DNA of 64,000 nucleotides from Cyanobacteria bacterium P01_D01_bin.156 (lineage in GTDB: Bacteria; Cyanobacteriota; Cyanobacteriia; Phormidesmidales; Phormidesmidaceae): NCBI GenBank assembly GCA_039024555.1, contig JBCCQQ010000033.1, forward strand, positions 1-64,000, given 5' to 3'. Made by a program: the position numbers and the translations under genes. Every line of letters begins with the position of its first letter. The stretch's first letter is position 1. Below are positions 1 through 8,842 of this stretch, piece by piece. The notes beneath the pieces are model-generated. The model was not told the origin of the DNA. It searched no databases and was given only the letters and a program-made list of their open reading frames with translations.

Positions 1-141
1 AACGCTACGAGCTGAAACAGCGGCTTGGGCGAGTGACATCAACAGCACTCAGAGAGGTGTCGATTGGCAGATGAAAATTGACGATGCACGCTACAAATTA
101 GCGTCTGTCTATCCCAAGATTAAGTCTTGACGATGCACTAG
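1..141 (+). mobile_element. 3' end of an IS630-family insertion sequence (transposase C-terminus, stop at 128-130, probable right end near CTAG 138-141)
   Basis: Frame from position 2 reads TLRAETAAWASDINSTQRGVDWQMKIDDARYKLASVYPKIKS*, matching the IS630 C-terminal pattern (DW...DAR.KL...YP). CTAG 8 nt after the stop fits TA-target insertion. Confidence 0.8.
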
Positions 142-151
142 TTTATTCGTC

Positions 152-178
152 TGGTGCTCAGCTAGAGGCTGAGCACCA
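152..178. terminator. 11-bp hairpin between the IS end and the recJ stop
   Basis: tggtgctcagc-tagag-gctgagcacca; no strong U-tract. Confidence 0.45.
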
Positions 179-193
179 CCTTTCATAGTCCTC

Positions 194-2506
194 TTATTCC
201 ACCTGTATCACCTGCTGTGCCACGCTCACCGGCACATTAGAAAAATATTGTCGCTGAAACTGTTCTTCTTTCAGGCTTGCCAAAAACGAGCGCAAACTGG
301 CCTGTTGCTGTTCCATATCAGCAGCCAAACTAGCCTCATAGGTAAACATCACAGCCTGAGAAGACTCTGTCCCATCCCGAAAACCAAGACTCTCCAACGC
401 GGCTAACCCTATCCGTAAGGAAGCTTCACCCACATTCAGTTTTGCCATTAGCTCTGCCATCATCACCGTTTTACCCGTACGGGCCACATATTTGGCAATC
501 CCCACTAGCTGTTTCCACACCTCCATCGGTGTCTGAACCTCAGGCGGTTCATAAGCTAACACTAAGGGTGTTTTCTGTTGCGTCGCCTGATGAAACCAGG
601 GACGCAGTTCTTGCCAGGTGGTCGGGCATTGAGTCACCACCAAAGCATCAGACGAGAGTTGTTCTTCTGCCGCTTGCACCCGATGGTCAATAATGTGTTG
701 TGTCGGCTGAGCCAAAACATCATCGGTCTGTGCTGAGTGCACATCAATCAGCCGCACCTCATAGCCCCCATACTGGGGCTTCTTCTGTCGCGAGTAGGCA
801 TTAAAATCCAGCTCTACCACCACATCACATCGTCCTACGGGCAAATCATCCTTGTAGTGCCCCCACCACAGTCCAGGAAAACCGGTGGTGCAGGTATCGT
901 CCTTGAGTAAAAAGTGGGTTTTAATAAACCGTAGCTTTCGATTAGAGACCGGGTCCTTAATCTTTTGATGCCAGGTGTTATCAAACCAGGCATTACGAAT
1001 CAGTAGGCGCGGCACCGGATTTCCCATACCGTAGGGCTCTAGCAAATTCAGCTGCTGAAAAAGGTCTTTGCCTAGTTCACATACGCTTACTGCTAGGTCT
1101 ACCTTAATGGTTGGCCCAGATGGTGCCCCCAACTGTCGTAATTGCCGGTTAAGGGCATCGGCAAACACGCCAACATTCTCCACCGGTAACGTCATACCAG
1201 CCGCAAAGGGATGTCCACCAAAGCTGTTGAGTAAGTGGGCCTGATTCGTTACAAGCTGATACAGATCGATCTGATTGACAGAGCGGGCCGAGCCCCGTGC
1301 CACCTCGTCATCAATGGTCAGCAAAATCGTTGGCTTGCCATATTCTTGGGCCACCTGGCCAGCCACAATCCCCAATACCCCTGTGGGCCATTGAGCATCT
1401 GCCAGCACAATCACCTGAACTGTCGCCATATCTAACTCACTAAGGCGCTGAGTGACTTGGAAATGAACATCTTTTTGCAAAGCCTTACGACGGGTGTTGG
1501 CCCATTCGGTCTGTTCGGCTAGCTCTTGGCAATGCTCCGGGTCCTGGCTGGTGAGCAATTCCACACAAAACTGAGCATCGCCATGGATGCGACTGACGGC
1601 ATTAATGCGGGGACCAATCCCAAAGGAAATATCGGTCGGTCGGTCCCCCGTACGTCGACATAGCTGCAGCAGTTTGGCCACACCGGGCCGGGTGGGGCTA
1701 TCTGTTCTCAAATGAGTTTGGAGCTGACGAATACCGATTTGGGCCAGGTAGCGGCAGTCCCCCTTGAGCTCTACTAAATCTGCAATTAAGCCAATGGCCA
1801 CTAGGTCGGTGAGTTCTGCCAGCGGGCGCGGGGGCGTGAGTTGCCCACAAAGAGCTTCGATCAGTTTAAAGGCCACTGCCACGCCCGATAGATGGGCCAG
1901 GGGATGAGCGGCCTCGAAGTAGCGGGGATTGATAATGGCGACTACCGGAGGCCGCTCGTCAGGCAGAGTATGGTGATCGGTAACAATTACGTCTATGCCT
2001 AGATTTTGGGCGTGGTCAATCTCGGTCAGGTTGGTGCTGCCGTTGTCGCAGGTGATGACCAGAGTGGTTTCGTTAGCGGCCAGGGCGTCTAATCCGTGGA
2101 TAGATAACCCATGGGAGTCGGTTAATCGGTTAGGGATAAAGTAGTTGAGCCTGTCGGTTGGGAAAAACTGTCGCAACCCATCCCAAAGCACCGCTGTGGA
2201 GGTAATACCATCGGCGTCAAAGTCACCCCAGATGGTAACGGTTTCTTGCTGCTCTAGGGCCAGAACAATACGGGCCACGGCCTGTTCCATTTCTGCCCCA
2301 AAAGCACTAGCAGGTGTCGGCTCGTAGACATCTGGATCGATAAAGGGAGTGAGTTGCTCAGTGGTACGAATGCCCCGCTGCCACAGTAGCTCAGCTGCCC
2401 GTTTAGGAGGATTGGATAACGCCGCTAACTGCTGGACTGTGTTGACCCAGTCACTGGAAATGGCTATATCGTTAGCAAGCTGCCACTGAGGAATGGGGGT
2501 CGTCAT
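194..2506 (-). CDS. recJ: single-stranded-DNA-specific exonuclease RecJ
   Basis: GDFDADG, TCDNG, TDHH, GPRINA, RGSARS and GGHPFAAG DHH/DHHA1 motifs; long C-terminal extension. Confidence 0.95.
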   Translation of the reverse strand: MTTPIPQWQLANDIAISSDWVNTVQQLAALSNPPKRAAELLWQRGIRTTEQLTPFIDPDVYEPTPASAFGAEMEQAVARIVLALEQQETVTIWGDFDADGITSTAVLWDGLRQFFPTDRLNYFIPNRLTDSHGLSIHGLDALAANETTLVITCDNGSTNLTEIDHAQNLGIDVIVTDHHTLPDERPPVVAIINPRYFEAAHPLAHLSGVAVAFKLIEALCGQLTPPRPLAELTDLVAIGLIADLVELKGDCRYLAQIGIRQLQTHLRTDSPTRPGVAKLLQLCRRTGDRPTDISFGIGPRINAVSRIHGDAQFCVELLTSQDPEHCQELAEQTEWANTRRKALQKDVHFQVTQRLSELDMATVQVIVLADAQWPTGVLGIVAGQVAQEYGKPTILLTIDDEVARGSARSVNQIDLYQLVTNQAHLLNSFGGHPFAAGMTLPVENVGVFADALNRQLRQLGAPSGPTIKVDLAVSVCELGKDLFQQLNLLEPYGMGNPVPRLLIRNAWFDNTWHQKIKDPVSNRKLRFIKTHFLLKDDTCTTGFPGLWWGHYKDDLPVGRCDVVVELDFNAYSRQKKPQYGGYEVRLIDVHSAQTDDVLAQPTQHIIDHRVQAAEEQLSSDALVVTQCPTTWQELRPWFHQATQQKTPLVLAYEPPEVQTPMEVWKQLVGIAKYVARTGKTVMMAELMAKLNVGEASLRIGLAALESLGFRDGTESSQAVMFTYEASLAADMEQQQASLRSFLASLKEEQFQRQYFSNVPVSVAQQVIQVE

Positions 2507-2693
2507 AATTGACTCTCAGAAATTGGGCTGAGCCTTTGAATAGTAAAGGACTGATAGCTTTCTAGGCTGGTGGCCATGGGCTATAAGTTAGCTAAAATAA
2601 GCGGAATTTTCTTGATGGTTGTGATTTAACTCCTAGCAGAGGCAATAACCTGTGGGAAATTATAAGTGCCGTGGTGATAGTTGGGAGTAGCTT

Positions 2694-3902
2694 GTGAAGC
2701 TTGGTGAATGGATCGGTCTGATCAGCATCTTGGCGACGTTCTACATTCTGTGGACCCTTCGCGCGATTTTACTGTTGGTGTTTATGGCGGTTATCGTTGC
2801 GATCGCACTCAACAGTTTTGTCCGGCGTCTCCAGAAAACTGGCGTTCCACGACGGTTTACCATTCCCATTGTCCTCAGCACCACCTTTTTATTCATCACC
2901 CTGTTTTTGCTGGGCGTGGTTCCCCCCTTTATTGCCCAGTTTAATGAACTGCTTAAGGTCCTGATTGACGGCATCGATCGGATTCCCTTGATTTTGGCAA
3001 ATACCTTAGAAAGCCTTAGCCAAAATGTTTCCTTACCAGGTCAGCTTCGGTTTCCAGAATCCGAGGAATTTCTCAACTGGCTACAGTCCGTTGAAGTTCT
3101 CAATTGGAATACTGTTCTAGATTCGACCGTTCTAGATGTTTTCAATAATTTCTTCTCATTTTTTAATTCGTCCCTGCGGGTGCTGCTCCAAGCTCTGCTG
3201 GTGGTGATTTTATCCCTAATGTTTTTAGGGAACCCTACCATCTACCGCAATTCACTGCTGCGGTTGATTCCATCGTTTTATCGTAGGCGCGCGGACTGCA
3301 TTTTAGAAGAATGCGAAGTTGCTCTGTGCAACTGGCTAGGTGGCATTGTTCTTAATTCTGTTTTTATCTTTTTTCTGAGTTTTGTTGGTCTGCTACTGCT
3401 GGGTATCGAATTCCCCTTTGCCAACGCACTATTAGCCGGTGTTCTAAATTTTATTCCCAATGTTGGACCGAGCTTAAGTGTGATTTTTCCGGCCATTGTG
3501 GCCCTCACCAACGACCCGCTCAAAATTATTCCCGTCATTATTTGGTACGCCATTATTCAACAAATTGAGAGCTATTGGCTAACGCCAACGGTGATGGCAC
3601 GGCAAATCTCGCTGCCCCCTGCATTTACGCTGATTGCGCAAATTTGTTTTGCCGCCATTTTTGGCTTCCCTGGGTTGGTACTGGCTCTGCCCCTAGCCGT
3701 TGTCGCCAAAATCTGGGTCCAAGAACTTTTGGTCAAGGATATTCTCGACCAGTGGAAAAATTCTAACCAAAAGCCATGGAAACCTGCGATCGCAGGGCCA
3801 GTGGATCATCCAAGTTCCTTACCGCAAGAGACCAAAACCGCCCCGGTAATTTCCCCCGGACACGATACTCCAGATTCCCTAAGCTATCCTCAGAAGGACT
3901 AA
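2694..3902 (+). CDS. AI-2E family (PerM-like) transporter
   Basis: Polytopic membrane protein with NFIPNVGP, QQIESYWLTP and FGFPGLVLALP motifs. Confidence 0.88.
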   Translation: MKLGEWIGLISILATFYILWTLRAILLLVFMAVIVAIALNSFVRRLQKTGVPRRFTIPIVLSTTFLFITLFLLGVVPPFIAQFNELLKVLIDGIDRIPLILANTLESLSQNVSLPGQLRFPESEEFLNWLQSVEVLNWNTVLDSTVLDVFNNFFSFFNSSLRVLLQALLVVILSLMFLGNPTIYRNSLLRLIPSFYRRRADCILEECEVALCNWLGGIVLNSVFIFFLSFVGLLLLGIEFPFANALLAGVLNFIPNVGPSLSVIFPAIVALTNDPLKIIPVIIWYAIIQQIESYWLTPTVMARQISLPPAFTLIAQICFAAIFGFPGLVLALPLAVVAKIWVQELLVKDILDQWKNSNQKPWKPAIAGPVDHPSSLPQETKTAPVISPGHDTPDSLSYPQKD

Positions 3903-3947
3903 CCAGTAGGTTATCCAAATTAGGTTTTAGGCTCCGAGGCCCACTTT

Positions 3948-4003
3948 TCCCAACACTGGGAGAGACTAGACTCAAAGCCCCCAGCCTTAGGGGATTTGGG
4001 GGC
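3948..4003. repeat. degenerate short palindromic (REP-like) intergenic element
   Basis: tccc-aacact-ggga followed by ctcaaa-gccccca...tgggggc; resembles dispersed CCCCC...GGGGGATTT repeats of filamentous cyanobacteria. Confidence 0.4.
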
Positions 4004-4132
4004 ATATTCAAGGAGATCAGACTCCTGCTCCTCCATCGCATAAAGATTAAGTCAACCTACTTACAGTAGACCGCTGATTCAGCAAATTGCCCCATATGGG
4101 AATCCTGAAATCAGTCATCACCGCTCACACCC

Positions 4133-5668
4133 ATGCCTTTTGCTGCCAGTGTTCGTCATCTGCAAACTCTGATCATGGCGTTTCATCCCATTATTGTGAT
4201 GGAAACAGTGGAGGAAGAACGGGTTCAGCATCTCGTTAATAAGGCCACCCTAGACCTACAGCTACCCGTGTACGAATGGAGTATTGCCCAGGGGTTAGTG
4301 CGTCTAGAGGGCAACCGCTATAACCGTTGGAAAAATGAATATGCCCCCCCCGGCGCCAGCCGAGCTGCCGTGGATCAAGATACCGCTGACCCCATTGATG
4401 CCCTACGCCACATTCAGGCCATCGCCCACCGGGCCGTTTACTGGTTCAAAGATGTTTCCACCCACTTTGAAGATCCGGTTGTCACTCGTTTGTTTCGCGA
4501 GGTGGCTCAGCAGTTCTCCCATAATCAGTCCACCCTGCTAATTTCTGGAGACCAGGTTTCCCTATCCCGAGAGATTGCCCACGAGGCGGTGTACTTTGAT
4601 ATTCCCTTGCCAGACCAAGACGAGCTACACAAGGCCATCATCGATGCAGTCCAGGCGTTGCGAGGACGAATTAAAGTCAAACTTAATCCCGACGAAATGC
4701 GCACCCTGGTACACACCACCCAGGGTATGACCCTGAATCAAACCAAAAAGGTGATTGCTTACGCCGCCCTTGAGGACGGCCACTTAAATGCAGACGACAT
4801 TGGTCGAGTGCTGGAGCGCAAAATGCAAATCATTCGCGAAACCGGCCTGCTGGATTATATTCCAGTGGAAAAGAATACGGCTGAGCTCGGCGGCTTTCAC
4901 GGATTAAAGCATTGGCTCGCCCAGGCCCGTATGGGCTTTAGCGCTCAGGCCCAGGCCCTTAACCTGACGCCTCCTAAAGGGATTTTAATTGTGGGTATTC
5001 AGGGGTGCGGCAAATCTCTAGCCGCAAAAACCATTGCCCGTGAATGGCAAATGCCCTTACTCAAACTCGATGCCGGACGGCTGTATGACAAATACGTGGG
5101 GGGGTCAGAAAAGAATTTTCGTCAGGCAGTTTCTCTGGCCGAAAAAATGGCTCCGGCTGTTTTGTGGATTGATGAAATTGAAAAAACCATGGGGGGGGCT
5201 CAAAGTAGCGATACGGATGGAGGTCTGAGTCGTCGTCTATTCGGTTCATTTCTCACCTGGCTCCAGGAAAAATCCCAGGAGGTGTTTGTGGTAGCCACAG
5301 CCAATGACATTTCTCAAATACCACCGGAGTTACTGCGCAAGGGACGCTTTGATGAGATTTTCTTTGTGGATCTCCCAGATGCCGAGGATCGCGCCACCAT
5401 TCTGACAATTCATCTAAAACGTCACCACCAAACTCCGGACACCTTTGGTATGGCAGAGTTGGTTCATGCCACTGAAGGGTTTAGCGGAGCTGAAATTCAG
5501 CAGGTGATTGTTTCCAGCTTGTATCAGTCAATCTATGGGCAATGTCCTCTAGATACAGCACTACTAGTGAAGACGATTAAAGCGACTGTCCCCCTATCTA
5601 TTTCACGACGGGAAGATATTCAGCGGCTGCGGTGTCTGGCGACCGATCGATTTGTGCAAGTCAAGTAA
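4133..5668 (+). CDS. AAA+ ATPase, Ycf46-like
   Basis: Walker A GIQGCGKS, Walker B WIDEIEK, TAND, PPELLRKGRFDEIFFVDLP. Confidence 0.9.
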   Translation: MPFAASVRHLQTLIMAFHPIIVMETVEEERVQHLVNKATLDLQLPVYEWSIAQGLVRLEGNRYNRWKNEYAPPGASRAAVDQDTADPIDALRHIQAIAHRAVYWFKDVSTHFEDPVVTRLFREVAQQFSHNQSTLLISGDQVSLSREIAHEAVYFDIPLPDQDELHKAIIDAVQALRGRIKVKLNPDEMRTLVHTTQGMTLNQTKKVIAYAALEDGHLNADDIGRVLERKMQIIRETGLLDYIPVEKNTAELGGFHGLKHWLAQARMGFSAQAQALNLTPPKGILIVGIQGCGKSLAAKTIAREWQMPLLKLDAGRLYDKYVGGSEKNFRQAVSLAEKMAPAVLWIDEIEKTMGGAQSSDTDGGLSRRLFGSFLTWLQEKSQEVFVVATANDISQIPPELLRKGRFDEIFFVDLPDAEDRATILTIHLKRHHQTPDTFGMAELVHATEGFSGAEIQQVIVSSLYQSIYGQCPLDTALLVKTIKATVPLSISRREDIQRLRCLATDRFVQVK

Positions 5669-5776
5669 GAATTCGGAATTCAAAACTCTTGCTTCGTAAA
5701 CATTTTATAAACCCAATCTTACGGTTTCTTACAGACGAACGTCATTGTCGGGAATTTCTGGGAAATCTATGTAATC

Positions 5777-5792
5777 TGTAGTATCTGATACA
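5777..5792. promoter_or_regulatory. NtcA-type binding site TGTA-N8-TACA
   Basis: TGTA GTATCTGA TACA, directly after a -10-like TAATCT (5772-5777) and about 48 nt upstream of a small ORF. Confidence 0.65.
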
Positions 5793-5839
5793 GCACACTT
5801 TACAGGTTCAACGAACGTTCGCTTCTGGAGAAATTCACC

Positions 5840-5953
5840 ATGACACCGACTCAAGTACAAGGCCTTTGGGTTTGTTTTAGCTTTTCGATGGCCATGATTA
5901 TGCTGACCCCCGTATTGCTTTGGGTATTACCCAATCGTCAGCAAACGGTCTAA
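5840..5953 (+). CDS. small single-transmembrane protein, 37 aa (MTPTQVQGLWVCFSFSMAMIMLTPVLLWVLPNRQQTV)
   Basis: GGAG at 5827-5830 ahead of ATG 5840; hydrophobic core of about 22 residues; below the ORF-track cutoff. Confidence 0.6.
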   Translation: MTPTQVQGLWVCFSFSMAMIMLTPVLLWVLPNRQQTV

Positions 5954-6053
5954 AGACCCGGTACCATAGCCATAGGTTAGTGGTGTTCACTATTGTTTGG
6001 CAGTGAATGCACGCTAATGCGATCGCAGTTTTAAACCTACCCTGACCCTTGCA

Positions 6054-6488
6054 ATGGCTTTTCGTGCAACCCTTGTCGCATTTATTGTTGTGTGTTTTGG
6101 GCTATTGGCCGCTCCGGCCCATGCCATGACCCCTCTAGGGGTATCCAACCTCGCCTACGATGAATGCCCTGCAGAATATGCAGAAGGTATTGTGGATGCT
6201 GGCAGCCTTGGTAAAGCAACCTGTTATTTAGTCACAGGAACGCTCACCAACAATTCCGGTAAACCCATTCTCAATGCCGACATTTTTGGCCGTATTTACG
6301 ACAAAAACAACAACCCAGTAATGCAAAATCGTGGTCGCCTTGGCGGTGTAGACTATGTGCCTCCCGGTAAAAGCGATTTTGAAATTCGTGTCTCGGTAGC
6401 TGCTAATCAGCCCCCACCGCTTAAGCTAAAGAATTTCAAAGCATCTGGTTTTGTCGGTAAAGTGCGCCGCCAGGGACGGATGGATTAG
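6054..6488 (+). CDS. conserved cyanobacterial secreted/periplasmic protein (FxLYD-like beta-sandwich)
   Basis: Signal peptide ending AHA; NADIFGRIYDKNNNPV motif; two Cys. Confidence 0.65.
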   Translation: MAFRATLVAFIVVCFGLLAAPAHAMTPLGVSNLAYDECPAEYAEGIVDAGSLGKATCYLVTGTLTNNSGKPILNADIFGRIYDKNNNPVMQNRGRLGGVDYVPPGKSDFEIRVSVAANQPPPLKLKNFKASGFVGKVRRQGRMD

Positions 6489-6492
6489 AAAT

Positions 6493-6545
6493 TATTTCAA
6501 AAGAAAAAGCCGCTGGCGTTGCCAGCGGCTTTTTCTTTTGAAATA
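6493..6545. terminator. bidirectional terminator, 25-bp perfect stem
   Basis: tatttcaaaagaaaaagccgctggc-gtt-gccagcggctttttcttttgaaata between convergent genes. Confidence 0.85.
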
Positions 6546-6554
6546 TTCAACGAC

Positions 6555-6845
6555 CTAGAAATTTGAATAGGCCATATAGCCTGCCATTGCATAGGTTGCT
6601 TGCACGAGCGCACTACGAACAAACTGCAGCACAATAAAGGCCAAAATCGCAGAGAAATCAATTCCACCCAAGGGCGGGATAACCGACCGAAACAGATTCA
6701 AGTAGGGGTCAGTGATCTGACTTAGCGCAGACAGTATAGGATTACCCCAATCTAAATTTGGTAGCCAGGTAAGTAGCACTCTAATCAGTAACAGAGCCAA
6801 ATAAATGCTAATGAACTGTGCCAATGCTGCAAAAATGACTGACAT
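6555..6845 (-). CDS. YggT/Ycf19 (YlmG) family membrane protein
   Basis: RVLLTWLP...ITDPYLNLFR...PPLGGIDFS; start placed at MSVIF (6845). Confidence 0.9.
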   Translation of the reverse strand: MSVIFAALAQFISIYLALLLIRVLLTWLPNLDWGNPILSALSQITDPYLNLFRSVIPPLGGIDFSAILAFIVLQFVRSALVQATYAMAGYMAYSNF

Positions 6846-6998
6846 AGGTATCCTACCTTTTAGAAAAATCTGAGAATAACTTGCGGATCTGGTGTTTAGT
6901 TTAACTGATGATTTCCGTAACCCCAAAGGGTGTTGGAACTAGCTTTGCGCCCGTAGCTTACAAACCAGGTAATCGTCAGAGATTGTAGATAGCAGCAA

Positions 6999-7050
6999 TT
7001 GTATGCAGCACAAATGATTCAAAGTATTTAATCATTTGTGCTGCATACAA
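6999..7050. repeat. 21-bp perfect inverted repeat (extends imperfectly 6991-7058)
   Basis: ttgtatgcagcacaaatgatt-caaagtattt-aatcatttgtgctgcatacaa. Confidence 0.8.
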
Positions 7051-7170
7051 CCGCTGCTTTACGATAAAACACAAATATCTGCCGGGACAGGTGTTGAAAC
7101 CCGAAAGGGGGTCATCTTAGCTAATGGCACTTACTATTGCGTGCCCCAAAGGTTTAATGGGTTTTACAGC

Positions 7171-7488
7171 CTATGAATCTTGAGCTGAGGCTTCGTATTC
7201 AGCAGCTCGGCCATTGGTATTACCCAGCTGCTGGCGTACATCCTCAATGGCCGCGTTTAACTCAGAAATTTTATCCTCTAAACCACGACGGGCAATTTCC
7301 ATGCGCTCATCGTTGCTCATGTGGGCTAAATTTTGCTTGAGCTCCTCTGATAGCTGACTAAAGTCACTATCAGAATCGGTGTGACTGACGACACGATTGG
7401 TCGCCAACGCCCCGGCGATACCCCCAACAAGACCTCCGAAAAGAGCCCCAAGAAAAAATCCACTGGTAAAATTGCTCGACTGACTCAT
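7171..7488 (-). CDS. conserved hypothetical protein (Gly-rich N-terminal TM plus coiled coil; YtxH-like)
   Basis: FFLGALFGGLVGG helix and ARRGLEDKISELNAAIEDVR; lies between upp and yggT. Confidence 0.75.
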   Translation of the reverse strand: MSQSSNFTSGFFLGALFGGLVGGIAGALATNRVVSHTDSDSDFSQLSEELKQNLAHMSNDERMEIARRGLEDKISELNAAIEDVRQQLGNTNGRAAEYEASAQDS

Positions 7489-7500
7489 GATGTGTAGTGA

Positions 7501-8157
7501 TTAGTTTGTACCAAATGTGCGATCTCCGGCATCCCCTAGACCTGGAACGATAAAACCGTTTTTATCTAAACCTTCATCAATGATGCCAGCGTAAATAACC
7601 AGCTGTGGATACGCTTCGGCAAGTTTTTGTAAGGCTGGTGGTGCCACAACTACAGAGACAATCCGCACCAAGGACGAATCTACGCCACGCGATACCAGGT
7701 CCGCCATAGTGGCCATAATTGTACCGCCCGTAGCCAGCATTGGCTCGCTGATCAGAACCCGCGTAGTCGGATCAATCTGCTCCGGCAGCTTATTGAGATA
7801 ACATTCAGCCTCCAGGGTTTCTTCATTGCGAGCAAAGCCCACATGGTAGACCGAAGCGGTTGGTAAGGCTGACTGAACGCCTTCCATTAAGGCCAGCCCT
7901 GCTCGTAAAATCGGGACGACCATCAATGGCTTTTGAGGATCGATAAATGTGGCTGGACAAGAAGTTAGGGGGGTTTGAACGGTCGTATCTAAAGTCGGTA
8001 ACCAATCATTACGAATTGCTTCGTAGGTTAACCAGCGCCCAATTTCAGTCATGGCACTACGAAAAACAGCCGAGGGTGTATTAACGTCCCGTAACACACC
8101 AAGCCAATGCTTAATTAAGGGGTGGGGAGGCACATGAATCCGCAGCTGCATTGCCAT
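7501..8157 (-). CDS. upp: uracil phosphoribosyltransferase
   Basis: HPLIKH, VPILRAG, EPMLATGGT, IVPGLGDAGDR; start placed at MAMQL. Confidence 0.95.
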   Translation of the reverse strand: MAMQLRIHVPPHPLIKHWLGVLRDVNTPSAVFRSAMTEIGRWLTYEAIRNDWLPTLDTTVQTPLTSCPATFIDPQKPLMVVPILRAGLALMEGVQSALPTASVYHVGFARNEETLEAECYLNKLPEQIDPTTRVLISEPMLATGGTIMATMADLVSRGVDSSLVRIVSVVVAPPALQKLAEAYPQLVIYAGIIDEGLDKNGFIVPGLGDAGDRTFGTN

Positions 8158-8268
8158 GGGAGCTTTTGATAAAGACTGTAGGGTAGGTGGAAATTTGCCC
8201 AATCATACGTCTTTGGCAGCAAAACGGTCTAGTGATGAGAATAGCGAACTCACGACTGCCCTAATTTT

Positions 8269-8637
8269 TTATCGTCCCCGCAGCAAATGCTTGACGGTTT
8301 CTACCATCTCTGCTGGACGAAAGGGTTTAGCAATATAGGCATCAGCCCCTTGCTTCATGCCCCAGTAACGGTCGAAATCTTCATTTTTAGATGAGCAGAT
8401 GACGACGGGAACATCTTTTGTAGATGTATTGCCTTTAACCCATCGGCATAGTTCGTAGCCATTCATATTTGGCATCACAATGTCGAGAACCACCAGATCA
8501 GGGGGTGTGGATGCAATCATTTCCTTGGCTTTTTCGCCATCTTCAGCTTCTAAAACAGTCATACCCGCTTTGATGAGGAGACCAGAGATCATCTCCCGTA
8601 GGGTTGAACTGTCGTCCACAATCAAAACCGTGGTCAT
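8269..8637 (-). CDS. single-domain response regulator (CheY/PilH-like)
   Basis: LIVDDS, LDIVMPNMNGYE, CSSK, WGMKQGADAYIAKPF. Confidence 0.9.
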   Translation of the reverse strand: MTTVLIVDDSSTLREMISGLLIKAGMTVLEAEDGEKAKEMIASTPPDLVVLDIVMPNMNGYELCRWVKGNTSTKDVPVVICSSKNEDFDRYWGMKQGADAYIAKPFRPAEMVETVKHLLRGR

Positions 8638-8842
8638 AGCGTAGAGAGGTAGGTAGGGATTCCTTAGGTGTTAGTGAGCCCAGATTAATGGGTGAGATTA
8701 AAAGTAACCAGCTAATAATACGAAGTCAGTTAGCCCGAAGCAATAATTTTGACGACGATCGCCTTTGGGCCAACCTTCCTTGGCTATCGATTTTTTCACC
8801 AATTCGTATACAAACAAGGTAAGAATCGCTAGTCAGGACATC

